From the NCBI GenBank assembly GCA_963754925.1, contig CAVWHX010000004.1, positions 1,428,422-1,492,421 on the forward strand: DNA of 64,000 nucleotides. The letters are read 5' to 3'. Of the stretch, positions 49,645 through 60,824 are shown piece after piece. Under the pieces are notes generated by a model. That model was given only the letters and a program-made list of their open reading frames with translations, ran no database searches and was not told where the DNA came from. The translations under genes were made by a program, and so were the position numbers. Within the stretch, counting starts at the first letter, position 1, and every line of letters begins with the position of its first letter. The stretch comes from an uncultured delta proteobacterium (GTDB taxonomy: Bacteria > Myxococcota > B64-G9).

Positions 49645-50750
49645 CTGCCTTTCCCTAAGAAGTCGCGGATCGAGCGGACGATCGCGTCCCGGTCGGGAAC
49701 CTCGGAGAGCACCAATTTTTCTTGCTCCGGGAAGGCTTCACGGAGGTCTTTGATAAACTGGCCCGAGCCGTAAGGGCTTTCCACTTGACCGTAGCCGAAC
49801 TGGTTGCTGGCGGGGAGGATGTGCTCCTTGAGGATTTCCAAGCAAACTTTGGTGTCGTCGGCGGACCAATTATCGCCATCGCTGAAGTGGAAGGGGTAAA
49901 TGTTCCACTCGCCCGAGGGATAGTCCTTCGCGATCATCTCCGCGCACAATTTGTAAGCCGACGAAATCATAGTGCCGCCGCTCTCGCGGGTATGGAAGAA
50001 GGTCTCGCGGTCGACTTCACGCGCCGCGGCATCGTGGGTGATGTACCGGACCTGCAGTCCTTCGTACTGGCTCTGCAACCAGGTGTCGATCCAGAACGAC
50101 TCAATACGCACTATCTCTTTTTGCTCATCGCCCATTGAGCCGGAGACGTCCATGATGTAGATGATCACGGCATTGCTTTCGGGGAGCCACGAGACGCGCC
50201 ATGAACGGTAGCGTTTGTCCTCGCGCACCGGGATAACCACCGGGCGGTCGAGATCGTACGTTCCGGCAGCGATCTGACGCTTGAGGGCCTCTTTATAGGT
50301 GCGTTTGAAATGCCGCAGCGACTCGGGACCGACGCGATGGATGCCGGTGTAGCGGCTCTTTTCAGCTTCAAGGCGGTGCTTGCCGCGCGGCTCGATGCGC
50401 GGTAGTTCTAACTCCTCGCCAAGGATCTCGGCCAGTTGCTCGATGCTCAGCTCGACCTCGAGTATGTGCTCGCCCGGATCAGAGCCGGCTTCGCCCTTGC
50501 TCTGACCCTCGATCTGGCCGGGTTCCAACACCGTGCCGACCTCGCCGTCGCCCTGACCCACCCCGCCACGCTGCTTGTGGCCGTATTGGAAGCGCGGCAG
50601 CTGTATCTGCGGCAGCGGGATCGAAACCATGTCCTTGCCCTTCTTGCCGAAGATCTCCCCTTGCGTAATAAATCGCTTGAGGTTCTGCTTGATCTTGCCG
50701 CGCACTATGTAGCGAAAGCGCGCGTGGTCGGCGTCAATCTTCTGCGTCAT
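49641..50750 (-). CDS. yeaH: YeaH/YhbH (DUF444) family protein
   Basis: [21 protein letters not shown]; lies between prkA and spoVR. Confidence 0.9.
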   Translation of the reverse strand: MTQKIDADHARFRYIVRGKIKQNLKRFITQGEIFGKKGKDMVSIPLPQIQLPRFQYGHKQRGGVGQGDGEVGTVLEPGQIEGQSKGEAGSDPGEHILEVELSIEQLAEILGEELELPRIEPRGKHRLEAEKSRYTGIHRVGPESLRHFKRTYKEALKRQIAAGTYDLDRPVVIPVREDKRYRSWRVSWLPESNAVIIYIMDVSGSMGDEQKEIVRIESFWIDTWLQSQYEGLQVRYITHDAAAREVDRETFFHTRESGGTMISSAYKLCAEMIAKDYPSGEWNIYPFHFSDGDNWSADDTKVCLEILKEHILPASNQFGYGQVESPYGSGQFIKDLREAFPEQEKLVLSEVPDRDAIVRSIRDFLGKGR

Positions 50751-50806
50751 AAGAGCCCGTTAGCGAGCGCAGCGAGCTTTACGGGCTCTTACCCCCGGAA
50801 GGGGGT
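50750..50806 (+). mobile_element. Double-hairpin element copy
   Basis: TAAGAGCCCGT-ta-GCGAGCGCAGCGAGC-ttt-ACGGGCTCTTA plus CCCCC-GGAA-GGGGG. Confidence 0.72.
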
Positions 50807-50919
50807 CAGAACCAGTTCCGTAGCTCGGCGCCATCCGTCTATTCAGTTGACTAACTTTCACAAGACTTTTCCTCGACCATTCCACTTTTGTTACCAGTTG
50901 CCCCTGAAACAGTATAACG

Positions 50920-52989
50920 TTAGCTGTCCTCCTTGGCGTCGCCGCGTGCGAAGATCGAAGCCACGAACGACAGCACATCGGTGGCGCAGATCTCGCAATA
51001 ACCGTAGTTGCGGATCAGACGCTGCTTGACCACGTCGATCTTCTCTTGGGTGTCGCGATCGACCACCGACGACACCAGGCTGGTGAGTTTGATGGTGTCC
51101 TTCTGATCCTCAAAGAGTTTTAACTCGAGCGCCTTGCGCAGCCGCTCGTTGGTGCGGTAGTCGAACGTTTTGCCGTCCACCGCTAACGCGCCGATGTAAT
51201 TCATCAGCTCGGTGCGGAAATCGTCCTTGCGGCTTTCGGCGATGTCGATCTTCTCCTCGATCGAGCGCATCAATCGCTCGTCGGGCTCTTCGTAGTGACC
51301 GGTGTACTTATTGCGCACCTTCTCCTTCTGGGTGTACGCCTTGACGTTATCGATGTAGTTGGCGCACAATTTGCCGATAGCCTCCTCGTCGGCCGATATC
51401 GCGCGCTGCACCTCGTTTTTGACGATATCCTCATATTCCTGCTTGACCACGGTCAGGAGTTCTTTATAGCGTTTGCGATCCTCTTCGCTGTTTATCAAGG
51501 TGTGACTGCGCAGGCCGGCCTCAAGCTCGTTGAGCACCAAGAAGGGGTTGATACACCCCTCGGCCTTGTCGCTGACGAGCGAATTGGAAAGCTTATCCTG
51601 GATATAGCGCGGGCTGATGCCGTCCATGCCCTCGCGCTCGGCTTCCTTGCGCAGCTCCTTGATATTGTCCTCGGTAAAGCCGCTCAGCATTTTCCCGTCG
51701 TACAGCTTGAGCTTCTGCAACAGCGTCAAGTTGTGCTTCTTGGGTTCCTCGAGTCGCGTGAGAACCGCCCAGATGGAGGCCATCTCGAGGGTGTGCGGAG
51801 CGATATGTTTGCCGCGTATCTTGCCGGCGCCGAAACTCTTGCCATAAATCTCGATCTCCTCGCTCGGCTTGGTGATGTACGGGATATCAATTTTGACGGT
51901 ACGGTCGCGCAAGGCCTCCATGAATTCGTTGGAGAGGAGCTTTTTGAACTCGGCCTCGTTGGTATGGCCGATGATCACCTCGTCGATGTCGGTTTGGGCG
52001 AACTTTTTGGGTTTAATCAGGTGTTCCTGAGTGGCTCCCAAGAGGTCGTAGAGAAAGGCCACATCGAGCTTGAGAATCTCAATAAACTCGATGATGCCGC
52101 GGTTGGCTATGTTGAACTCGCCGTCGAAATTGAAGGCGCGCGGATCAGAATCCGAGCCATATTCGGCAATTTTACGGTAGTTAATGTCGCCGGTCAGCTC
52201 GGTTGAATCTTGGTTCTTCTCGTCTTTAGGCTGAAACGTGCCGATGCCGATGCGATCTTTTTCGCTCAGCACCAGCCTGCGCACGTGCACGTGCTCCACA
52301 ACCTGCTCGAAATTGCCGTCATGCTCTTTCATTAATTCATTGAGCGTGAAGCGGCACACCGGGCAGACGTCGCCGAATTCCGGGATCGGGTGTTCGAGCT
52401 CGCGTTCATCCAGTTCGAGGTGCTTGATCACTTCGGCCCGGTGCTCGGGCGGAATAAGTTTAAAGGGATCCTCGTGCATCGGGCAGGCGAGGTATTCGTC
52501 GCCGGCAGGACTCGCGCGGCTTCCCTTCTCGATCGACCACCCATAGGTGTACAGGGCGCCGGCGTCGGTGCGCGAATAGCGCTCGAGCCCGCGTTTGAGC
52601 AAGCGCACAATGGTGGATTTGGATGAGCCGACCGGTCCGTGCAGTAGCAAGACGCGCCGCTCGGTGCCGTAAAAGCGCGCGGCGCTTTTAAAAGCCGCCA
52701 CCAGACGCTGCAGCGGAATATCGAGACCAAAGATAGCATCCTTGCCGCCGCCGACATCGTCGTTGAAGAAACTGTAGCGGATGATCTTCTTCTTTGAGTC
52801 GACGTACTCCTCGGTGCCGTACGACAGGATCATGTCGTAGAGCCGTTGATAGGCGCTGCGCAGTACCCGAGGGTTCTTGCGGACGATCTCCAAGTAGTCA
52901 CCGAACATACCTTGCCAATTGAGCGCTTGGTACATTTCGCGATCCTGGAGGTTACTGACGAAAGAAATGACGCGTTTGCTGTCTCCCAT
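50920..52989 (-). CDS. prkA: PrkA/YeaG AAA+ serine protein kinase
   Basis: [43 protein letters not shown]. Confidence 0.93.
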   Translation of the reverse strand: MGDSKRVISFVSNLQDREMYQALNWQGMFGDYLEIVRKNPRVLRSAYQRLYDMILSYGTEEYVDSKKKIIRYSFFNDDVGGGKDAIFGLDIPLQRLVAAFKSAARFYGTERRVLLLHGPVGSSKSTIVRLLKRGLERYSRTDAGALYTYGWSIEKGSRASPAGDEYLACPMHEDPFKLIPPEHRAEVIKHLELDERELEHPIPEFGDVCPVCRFTLNELMKEHDGNFEQVVEHVHVRRLVLSEKDRIGIGTFQPKDEKNQDSTELTGDINYRKIAEYGSDSDPRAFNFDGEFNIANRGIIEFIEILKLDVAFLYDLLGATQEHLIKPKKFAQTDIDEVIIGHTNEAEFKKLLSNEFMEALRDRTVKIDIPYITKPSEEIEIYGKSFGAGKIRGKHIAPHTLEMASIWAVLTRLEEPKKHNLTLLQKLKLYDGKMLSGFTEDNIKELRKEAEREGMDGISPRYIQDKLSNSLVSDKAEGCINPFLVLNELEAGLRSHTLINSEEDRKRYKELLTVVKQEYEDIVKNEVQRAISADEEAIGKLCANYIDNVKAYTQKEKVRNKYTGHYEEPDERLMRSIEEKIDIAESRKDDFRTELMNYIGALAVDGKTFDYRTNERLRKALELKLFEDQKDTIKLTSLVSSVVDRDTQEKIDVVKQRLIRNYGYCEICATDVLSFVASIFARGDAKEDS

Positions 52990-53194
52990 GTACGGAGCCC
53001 TCCAACGGCCAGCGATTGGCCGCGTTCGATATTGCAACTATATCAAACAGAAAGAATCAAGAAAACTTTTCTGCGATAGATTTCAACGAACTATCCGTTC
53101 ACGGCTTGTCGCCCGGGAAGCAGTGCGGTAAGATGCCCATAGGCTTCCTAAAAGCGGGATAAGCTGGCTGAATGCGAAGGTTCGGAGGAAACCC

Positions 53195-54100
53195 ATGAGA
53201 ATAGTAGGGCTGCGATTGCTGGCGGTCGCCGTGGCAGCAAGCCAGTGTCTGGCGGTAACACTGACACCCACCCCGCTGCCTAAGGCGTGGCGGTATCTAC
53301 CCCCGGGCCAGCCGGGTATCGCCCTCCAGGGTCAACGCGAGCAGTATATGGGCAGTAAGGCCCTTTTTGATTATATGGACGGCGGCGCGGAACGGTACCT
53401 TGCCTATGGCTTCAGCGACCTCGGAGTGCAAACCTATACCCAGGGCGAGGCCACGGCAGTGGTGGAAATCTATCGCATGCGAAGTCCCGCCGACGCGTTT
53501 GGCATCTATGCCGGCAGCGCGCGCGGCGAGCATCCCGACGTGGGTGCGACCGCGACGCTGGCCCCGGGAATGCTCAGCCTCTTCAAGGATCATTACTATA
53601 TTCGAGTGGTGGCTATGTCCGATCCTTCCAAGGCCAACGATCTCCTCCGTGCCTTGGCGAAAGCAACGTCGAAACGTATGCCGGGCGTGAGTGCAGCGCC
53701 CGCTGAGCTCAAGCTTCTGCCCAACGATCCGGTGGATGGATCCCTGCGGTATTTGCCGAATTTGGAAACCACACGCACCGAATGGTTTTCGGGTGAGGGT
53801 GAGGCCCTGTTTTGCTCGGGTGCACGGGGCGTCTTGGGCTCGTACCGGCGGGGCGACAAAACGCTCACGGTCACCCGCATGACCTACCCCGAGGCGGGGG
53901 CTGCCATAAAAGCGTGCCGGGCGCTCGCGGGCAAAGTGGGTTTGAGCCAGCCTACGGCGAAGGATGGAACGTGCAACGTTTCCGGCAAGACAACCGACGG
54001 CACCTTCGCGACCATCAGCGTGGATACCGCAGTCCTTCGTTGGATTGCGGGTGCGCCTGACCGTGAGTCAGCCGACACGCTCCTGGGGCAGATGCACTAG
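53195..54100 (+). CDS. Exported protein, DUF6599-like
   Basis: Signal peptide; LFDYMDGGAERYLAYGF, VEIYRM, DAFGIY. Confidence 0.7.
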   Translation: MRIVGLRLLAVAVAASQCLAVTLTPTPLPKAWRYLPPGQPGIALQGQREQYMGSKALFDYMDGGAERYLAYGFSDLGVQTYTQGEATAVVEIYRMRSPADAFGIYAGSARGEHPDVGATATLAPGMLSLFKDHYYIRVVAMSDPSKANDLLRALAKATSKRMPGVSAAPAELKLLPNDPVDGSLRYLPNLETTRTEWFSGEGEALFCSGARGVLGSYRRGDKTLTVTRMTYPEAGAAIKACRALAGKVGLSQPTAKDGTCNVSGKTTDGTFATISVDTAVLRWIAGAPDRESADTLLGQMH

Positions 54101-54193
54101 TCTGTGTTCGGGTTGCACTTGTCGGTTTTGTAAAAAAATGTTATCGACAATGAGATCGCAAATCGATGCGCAGCTCAGTGAAAGGAGCGCGGT

Positions 54194-54583
54194 ATGATCG
54201 ATCGACGAAAGAAAGGCCAGCAACGCGGTGATGCGACGCAGGCTGACGAACGTCGCATGGGCGAGCGCCGAGATTCTTTGCGCCTGCCGCTTCAGGTTTC
54301 GGTGAAAATCGGCGAACGGGCGTTTGAGGATTATGCGGGTGACCTATCGATCGGCGGGGTGTTTTTTGAAAAACAGCTGCCGGTGTCTCCCGGGGAGGAA
54401 GTTTTGCTGCGCTTCAGACTTCCCCTGTTCGATAAAAAACTCGAAGTCAAAGGAGAGGTTATGGAAGTTGCGCAGGGCGACGGCGCAATTCCCTCAGGAA
54501 CGCGGGTTAAGTTTGTTGAATTGGATCTGCGCACCGAGTTGCTTATCGCCCGCTACCTTGATGAAAGTGCACAGCCATGCTGA
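54194..54583 (+). CDS. PilZ domain protein
   Basis: RDSLR and DLSIGG motifs. Confidence 0.85.
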   Translation: MIDRRKKGQQRGDATQADERRMGERRDSLRLPLQVSVKIGERAFEDYAGDLSIGGVFFEKQLPVSPGEEVLLRFRLPLFDKKLEVKGEVMEVAQGDGAIPSGTRVKFVELDLRTELLIARYLDESAQPC

Positions 54584-55854
54584 GTTTCATTCTCCTTTTG
54601 GTGTTGCAGGCCGTTCAGCCATCCGAATCGGGTGTTGTGACGGCCGCCGATCTGATCAACCTAGGCAAACAAGTTGAGGCGCGGATAGTTAAACTGCGCG
54701 GGCTTCCCTTGAAAAAGCCGATTCACTGGCAGGTAAGCTCCAAGGACCAATTGCGCGCCTATTTACGGGAAACGCTTGCGCAGCAGTACGCCCCGGGCGA
54801 AATCGAGCACGAGGGCGATGCGTACAAGGCGCTGGGGATGCTCCCGGCCGAGTTGGATTACCGTTCTATGGTGCTTGCCCTCTATGAGGAACAGGTGGGC
54901 GGCTACTACGACCCCAAGAAAAAGACCTTCTTTCTGGCCGATTGGATCGCTCCCGACATGCAGGAACCAATCATTGCCCACGAGTTCGTTCATGCGCTCG
55001 ACGATCAGAATTTCAACATCGAAAAACTCATCGAACGCATCAAGGGCAACTCTGATGCAATGCTCGCTCACTCCGCCTTCGTGGAAGGCGAGGCGACGCT
55101 GGTGATGATGCTTGACGCCTTGTCGGCGCTGGGCGTGCAGTTAGATTTCTCAACGATGGATTTCGACGGGACCATCGGCTCGGCGATGATGGCGTTGAGC
55201 GCGGCGCAGTTTTCAAAATTCTCGGAAGCGCCACGGATGCTGCGCGAAGCACTCACCTTCCCCTATCTCAAGGGGATAACCTTTGTGGCCTATGGCCAGA
55301 AGCGGGGTGGGTGGGCCGCAATCAATAAGGTTTACGCCGATCTCCCCGCGTCGACCGAACAGATCCTTCACCCTGAAAAATACTATCAACAGCGAGATCC
55401 GCCGGTGCCAGTATCGCTCGGGATGGTCGATCAGCTTGTTCCAAAAGAATGGAAGAACATCTACGAGGATGTGCTCGGCGAATTCATGATGCTGCAACTG
55501 CTTGAGGGTGTCGATGACCGCGACGAGGCGAAACGGGCCGCCGCGGGTTGGGGTGGCGACCGCCTGCGGGTGTATCAGCGCGGCCAAGAATTTGCGTGGG
55601 TGGAACTCTCGGTGTGGGACAGCCAGCGCGATGCGGTCGAGTTTGCGGGGGCGTTTTCCAAGACCGTTCAATCGCGGTCGCCACAATTTGTTCTGCAAAC
55701 GCAGGAGACTTCAAAGCCTGAATTGACCTGGCGGGGACCTGACGATCGGGTCGTATCGGTCGTCCGCGACGGATCGAGCGTCCTTATCGTCGAGAATTTT
55801 GATCGAGCGCTGGCCATGAAAATCCGGCAGGCGCTTCTTCCTTCAAAAGAATAA
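54577..55854 (+). CDS. Exported zincin-like (HExxH) protein
   Basis: Signal peptide; GYYDP, AHEFVHALDDQ, EGEA, FPY, STEQILHPEKY, AAAGWGGD. Confidence 0.75.
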   Translation: MLSFILLLVLQAVQPSESGVVTAADLINLGKQVEARIVKLRGLPLKKPIHWQVSSKDQLRAYLRETLAQQYAPGEIEHEGDAYKALGMLPAELDYRSMVLALYEEQVGGYYDPKKKTFFLADWIAPDMQEPIIAHEFVHALDDQNFNIEKLIERIKGNSDAMLAHSAFVEGEATLVMMLDALSALGVQLDFSTMDFDGTIGSAMMALSAAQFSKFSEAPRMLREALTFPYLKGITFVAYGQKRGGWAAINKVYADLPASTEQILHPEKYYQQRDPPVPVSLGMVDQLVPKEWKNIYEDVLGEFMMLQLLEGVDDRDEAKRAAAGWGGDRLRVYQRGQEFAWVELSVWDSQRDAVEFAGAFSKTVQSRSPQFVLQTQETSKPELTWRGPDDRVVSVVRDGSSVLIVENFDRALAMKIRQALLPSKE

Positions 55855-56065
55855 ATCTTTTTCTTCGGCGGCGATTGGTCCGCTGATTCCCCATGAGAAA
55901 ATACAGTACCATTGACAAAGAAATGACTTAAGGGTTAGCTCTTATTCGGTACTGATTCGATGCGGTAATAATTCAGGGAACTATTGACGTCATAGGTGCG
56001 TCAAGGATGCATCTGTCTCAGATTCTCAATCCTAAACCCGATAGGGTGATCAAGGAGGAACAAAC

Positions 56066-56491
56066 ATGGCGGAAGTAAAAGCGGGTTCTCCACAAGAACT
56101 TAAGGCATTAATCGAGGGCAGATCCGATGACGAGATCAATGCAGGTCTCAAAGTAACGGGGGTTGAAAAGGTTCTCGGGCAGATATTCCAGGGGATGGCC
56201 GAGGCCTTCCTGCCAGAGAAGGCGGGATCGCAGAGCGCCGTCATTCAGTACGACATAACTAGCCCCGAGGGGAAGCACTCGTATCAGCTCAAAGTTGCCG
56301 GCGGAAAATGCCAGCTCACGAAGGGTGCTCCCGAAAGCGCGCGCGTAACCCTTGGCCTGTCGACTCCTGATTTCTTACGGCTCATCTCGGGCAAGCTCGA
56401 TGGACAGACGGCCTTCTTTCAGGGCAAGCTCAAGCTCTCGGGCGACATGATGTTTGCTCAGACATTGCAGTCCTGGTTTAAGAAGGTCTGA
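56066..56491 (+). CDS. SCP2 sterol/lipid-binding domain protein
   Basis: DFLRLISGKLDGQTAFFQGKLKLSGDM; AAGGAGG RBS. Confidence 0.9.
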   Translation: MAEVKAGSPQELKALIEGRSDDEINAGLKVTGVEKVLGQIFQGMAEAFLPEKAGSQSAVIQYDITSPEGKHSYQLKVAGGKCQLTKGAPESARVTLGLSTPDFLRLISGKLDGQTAFFQGKLKLSGDMMFAQTLQSWFKKV

Positions 56492-56558
56492 GTCTCCCCC
56501 CAGACCCCTCTCAACAACACCTTTCTACTACTAATTCTTTTTCTTTCAGAAAAACCCC

Positions 56559-56610
56559 CACTGACATTTTCATGTTGCAGTTGCACTGACATTTTCAAGT
56601 TGCTAACACA
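56559..56610. repeat. 20-bp direct repeat pair, possible IS end remnant
   Basis: CACTGACATTTTCATGTTGC (56559-56578) and CACTGACATTTTCAAGTTGC (56584-56603), followed by TAACACA. Confidence 0.5.
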
Positions 56611-56689
56611 CGTATAAATTTTTTCTTGACTGCAATCCCACAAAATTATAGATTATTATCCTAAGAAGGTGTTTATTTTTGGGGGTTTC

Positions 56690-58026
56690 ATGGCATATCT
56701 TGACCATGGCCTCTTAGCCACGCTAATACGCAATTCTGTCGACGCAATCATTCTGCAAGACTTTGAAGGCTACATCCTCTCCTGGAATCACGGCGCCGAG
56801 GTGAGTTACGGCTACAGCGAGGCGGAAGCGATCGGGCGAAACATTTTTGAGATTATTCCTGAGTCCAGGCATGAAGAGGAGCGTCAGCTCGTCGAGCGGT
56901 TGCGTCAAGGGCGGGAGGTCGAATCGTTTGAAACGCAGCGACGCGCCAAAGACGGCCGGATTCTGGAGGTTTGGGTCGCGCTCAGCACTCTGCAGGATGA
57001 AGCCGGAAAACGCATCGCGATCGCCACGACCGAACGCGACATCACCCTGAACAAACAAACCACGGAGGCGTTGCAAAAAGCACGCGATGATCTCGAACAA
57101 CGGGTCACGGAGCGTACCGCTGCGCTCAACCAGGCCACCGAAGAGGCGCATCTCGAAAAGGAGCTCTTCCGAGTGACCCTGAAGTCTATCGGCGATGCGG
57201 TCATCACCACCGACCTTAAAGGAAACATCACCTCTCTCAACCCGGTCGCGGAACAACTCACCGGGTGGAATAGCGCGGAGGCGATAGGGTTGCCCTTAAC
57301 GCAGGTCTTAAGATTCTTAATGAACCGACACGCAAGGTTGCCGAGGATCCGGTGCACAAGTGTCTTCGCGATGGTCAAGTACGAGGCCTTGCAAACGATA
57401 CGTTATTGATTCGTCGCGATGGGCAGGAAATCTCCATCGATGATACAGCCGCCCCAATTTTTGCGAGCTCGGGAGAGATTGTCGGCGCGGTGCTGATCTT
57501 TCGCGATGTCACCGAGAGACGTCGGATCGCTGCGCAACTTGCCTACCAGGCTGGGCACGATCCGCTCACGGGGCTTGTCAACCGGCGCGAGTTCGAGAGT
57601 CGGTTGCAGCGGGTCCTTGCTTCATGCCACGAACCTCAATCCCATATCCTCCTGTATCTAGATCTCGATCAATTCAAAAGTGTCAATGATACCTGCGGCC
57701 ACGGAGCGGGGGATGAGTTGTTGCGTCAGGTGAGCGTGCTGCTCCGCTCCAAAATACGGGCACGTGACACTGTAGCTCGATTAGGCGGCGACGAATTTGG
57801 AATCCTGCTTGAAAACTGTTCCGAGGCGCATGCGGTGCGCATTGCCAATAGTCTGCGGAAGCTGATCAAACAATTCCATTTCGAATGGCAGGATCAGATC
57901 TTCACTATCGGTGTGAGTATCGGTTTGGTAGCCATACCGCAAGGCGGGCAAGATTTTTCCGGGGTATTGGCCGCTGCCGATAGCGCTTGCTACGCTGCTA
58001 AGGAAAAAGTCCATAGCCGGGTGTAG
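56690..58026 (+). CDS. PAS-PAS-GGDEF diguanylate cyclase (frameshift near 57310)
   Basis: Two PAS/PAC repeats, HDPLTGLVNRR, DLDQFKSVND, I-site RARD, GGDEF. Confidence 0.9.
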
Positions 58027-58069
58027 CTCAGGATGGCGTCGCGCTTTAAAAGCTCAACACCATGGCGGA

Positions 58070-58861
58070 TCAATCAACCGACTCAGGGTGCATGCTACCG
58101 GGGGGTGTGAGGCGGAAGAGGCTCTCGTCGAGTTGAGGATTGATATCAACCCGACGCAGGCGAATTTCAATTTTGATGCCGTCGTGCGGCGACGCGAAGC
58201 GCAGGGTCTGAGGCGCCCGCGGACCGTTGGAGTCGCCGCTCCAATCCTCAAAGAAAAGCTGGTACCGGAGCTTACCCTGGTCGTAGCAGATGACCTGCAC
58301 GGGCCGCAGGCTGGTTGGTTCGATGCGCACCTCTTGTTCTTGGCGTGAATTTCTCAGCACCAACCGGTACAGTTGAGCGGCGTCGTCGAAAAAAAGTTCG
58401 AGCGTTGCATAGGGAATCAGCGGCGGATCCCCAAGCACGATACCGGCCACTTCGGCGCCGTCGAGAAGCATGGGAATCACCCGCGAGATGTTCGCAGGCG
58501 TCGCTTTACCGGTAAGAAAGCGACCCTTATCCATATCCCACAGCGCAAATACCATCCCATCGGTGGTCAGGATCGAGAGCGGCTGGTCAAAGAAGCTCTC
58601 GGTTTCAAAACGCAGCCACGCCGGGCGCTGTGCCGCCAAGGTGATGTGAGTCCGCAGGTGCTTGCCGCTGCTGCGTATGTCTGCATACCCGGTGGCGCGT
58701 ACGGAATGCAGCCACGCGCTGCGGGTGCGCACGAGCTCTAAAAAAGTCTGCGGATCGTTCACGCGCGTGGTTTCAGAGAGCGGTCGGATGTGATGCAGGC
58801 AGCCACCGAGAACAAGCGCCGAGATGATGATACCGCCGGCCGATGTGAGCGTCTTTCTCAA
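58070..58861 (-). CDS. LolB-like / DUF4292-type lipoprotein
   Basis: Lipobox LGG-C; beta-rich LolA/B-like pattern ending FRLTPP; downstream of a TPR gene. Confidence 0.7.
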   Translation of the reverse strand: MRKTLTSAGGIIISALVLGGCLHHIRPLSETTRVNDPQTFLELVRTRSAWLHSVRATGYADIRSSGKHLRTHITLAAQRPAWLRFETESFFDQPLSILTTDGMVFALWDMDKGRFLTGKATPANISRVIPMLLDGAEVAGIVLGDPPLIPYATLELFFDDAAQLYRLVLRNSRQEQEVRIEPTSLRPVQVICYDQGKLRYQLFFEDWSGDSNGPRAPQTLRFASPHDGIKIEIRLRRVDINPQLDESLFRLTPPGSMHPESVD

Positions 58862-58873
58862 CTGAGGGTTCCG

Positions 58874-60700
58874 TTAAGGCTTAAGCCCAAGCTCCTCAAA
58901 GCGTTTTATGATCTCGGCCCTGTCGCGCGGTTCGGGATCGGATTGAAGCGCTCGGCGATAGTGGGTGATAGCTTGATCGCGTTGTCCAAGCTTCATGAGC
59001 GCGTCGCCCACATGCATAATGATGACGGGCTCGCCGGGGGTGGTGCGATCGGCGCGCTGGAGGAATTCGAGCGCTTGCTGGTAGCGACCTTTTTTATACA
59101 GGAGCCAGCCTAACGAGTCGGTGATTGCCCCGTTGCCAGGGTTGAGTAACAGCGCCCGTCGAATGAGTCGTTCGGCTTCATCCAAACTGTCGCCCCGGTC
59201 CGCCAACAGGTAGCCGATGAAGTTGAGAGCGGCGGCATTGTTGGGATCGACATCGATAATCTGGCGCATGACCGAGAGACTGTCCGGAATCTTGCCTATG
59301 CGTTCGTACAGCGCGCCTAGGGCGTACAGCAGCTCAACGTTCTTTGGATGTTTGGCCAACGCCTGCTTATAGAGGGTAATGCCCTCTTCGCCGCGGCCCA
59401 TTTCGATGAGCACGTTGGCTTTGGCTTCGAGCAAATCGGGTTGGTCTGGTTGCGTGTGAATCGCGGATTCGAGGGTATCGAGGGCCTGTTGGAACTGCTG
59501 GCGGCGAATATAGATCTCGCTGATGAGCCGGTGTATGCGGACCATCTCGTCCGGCTGCGGGGTGAGATCGAGCGCGGCGCGCAGCACTGCCATGGCGTCA
59601 TCGAGTCGGTTGAGCTGTTTGAGGCACGATCCGATGTGGATTTGGGCGTTTATGTAATAGCGCCCCTCATTCAGGGGAATGAGCTTGAGTTGTTCCAACG
59701 CCTGAGGGCATTGTTTTTGACCCTCGAGCAGAATTGCCAGCATGAGTCGCTCGTTGACCAGTTCGGGGTTTTGGGCGAGCGACACTTCCAGCTCGTGGAT
59801 GGCCTCGGGATACCGGTTGATCTCGGCATACGACTGGGCAATATAGCCCGCGTTCGCCGGGTCGCTGCTGCGGAGCTGTTCGATGTAGGCGTTGGCCGAC
59901 TTCGTATCGCCGTCTTTGAGGTACAGGCGGGCCATGGTAGCCATGTATTGCGGATTCTCCGGGCTTGCATCGAGTGCTTCGGTAAAGACGCGCAGGGCCT
60001 CCTGATAGCGGCCCTGTTGTTCGAGCAAGCCGGCCAAGGTGTGTATGGTGATGGTATCCGAAGGATCGATGTCCAGGGCTCGACGGTAGCTCACCTCGGC
60101 TTTGCGCTCGTCGCCGTGTTCAAACTGCAGGTCGCCCAACCGCCGAAAGCCCTCGGCAGAGGTTGGATTGGCGTTGGTCATCGCTTCGAGCGATTGGATG
60201 GCTTTGGGCCAATCGCCCCGTTCGAGGTTGACCTCGGCGATTCGAATATAGGCGTCGATACGATCTTTGGCTTTCTCGGTCAGGGTCTGATACATCGCCA
60301 GGGCTTGGTCGATCTTTCCCAGCTTGTACAGGCAGTCGCCGAGGAGTAAGAGCGTGTCAGGCGCGTTGGGGTCGAGCGCGTTGGCTTTCCCGGCTTCCTC
60401 GGCGGCGAGATCCCAATGGCCGTCCCGCGCGAACAACCTTCCGAGGTTGTAGTGGAGGAATGCCGAGTCGTCGTCGTGGGCGAGCGCCCGGCGCATCTCG
60501 TCAATCGCTGGATGCAATTCGCCGATGCTATCGAGCATGGTCGACTTGAGGTAATGCTCGTAGGCAAGCGCGTTCGCGGGGCGCTGCACAGCCGGCGCAA
60601 CGGTTTGGGTGTTTTGCAGGATAGCCACGGCGGCCGCGCGTGGCGTTGCGCAGCTCGCGGCAAGTAGGGTAATCGACAGTATGAAAGGCATCGGCATCAT
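58874..60700 (-). CDS. TPR-repeat lipoprotein
   Basis: LAAS-C lipobox; many TPRs; ALNFIGYLLADRG, DSLGWLLY. Confidence 0.88.
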   Translation of the reverse strand: MMPMPFILSITLLAASCATPRAAAVAILQNTQTVAPAVQRPANALAYEHYLKSTMLDSIGELHPAIDEMRRALAHDDDSAFLHYNLGRLFARDGHWDLAAEEAGKANALDPNAPDTLLLLGDCLYKLGKIDQALAMYQTLTEKAKDRIDAYIRIAEVNLERGDWPKAIQSLEAMTNANPTSAEGFRRLGDLQFEHGDERKAEVSYRRALDIDPSDTITIHTLAGLLEQQGRYQEALRVFTEALDASPENPQYMATMARLYLKDGDTKSANAYIEQLRSSDPANAGYIAQSYAEINRYPEAIHELEVSLAQNPELVNERLMLAILLEGQKQCPQALEQLKLIPLNEGRYYINAQIHIGSCLKQLNRLDDAMAVLRAALDLTPQPDEMVRIHRLISEIYIRRQQFQQALDTLESAIHTQPDQPDLLEAKANVLIEMGRGEEGITLYKQALAKHPKNVELLYALGALYERIGKIPDSLSVMRQIIDVDPNNAAALNFIGYLLADRGDSLDEAERLIRRALLLNPGNGAITDSLGWLLYKKGRYQQALEFLQRADRTTPGEPVIIMHVGDALMKLGQRDQAITHYRRALQSDPEPRDRAEIIKRFEELGLKP

Positions 60701-60824
60701 CTTAGTCAGTATGATAGAGTATTTAGTGACTAGACTCAAATTTCAAAGAGGGGTCACTAGGGATAGTAACAAATCGCCACCCCTAATCCAAGCGGCACGC
60801 GACGGTCACAACTTTAATGTTATT

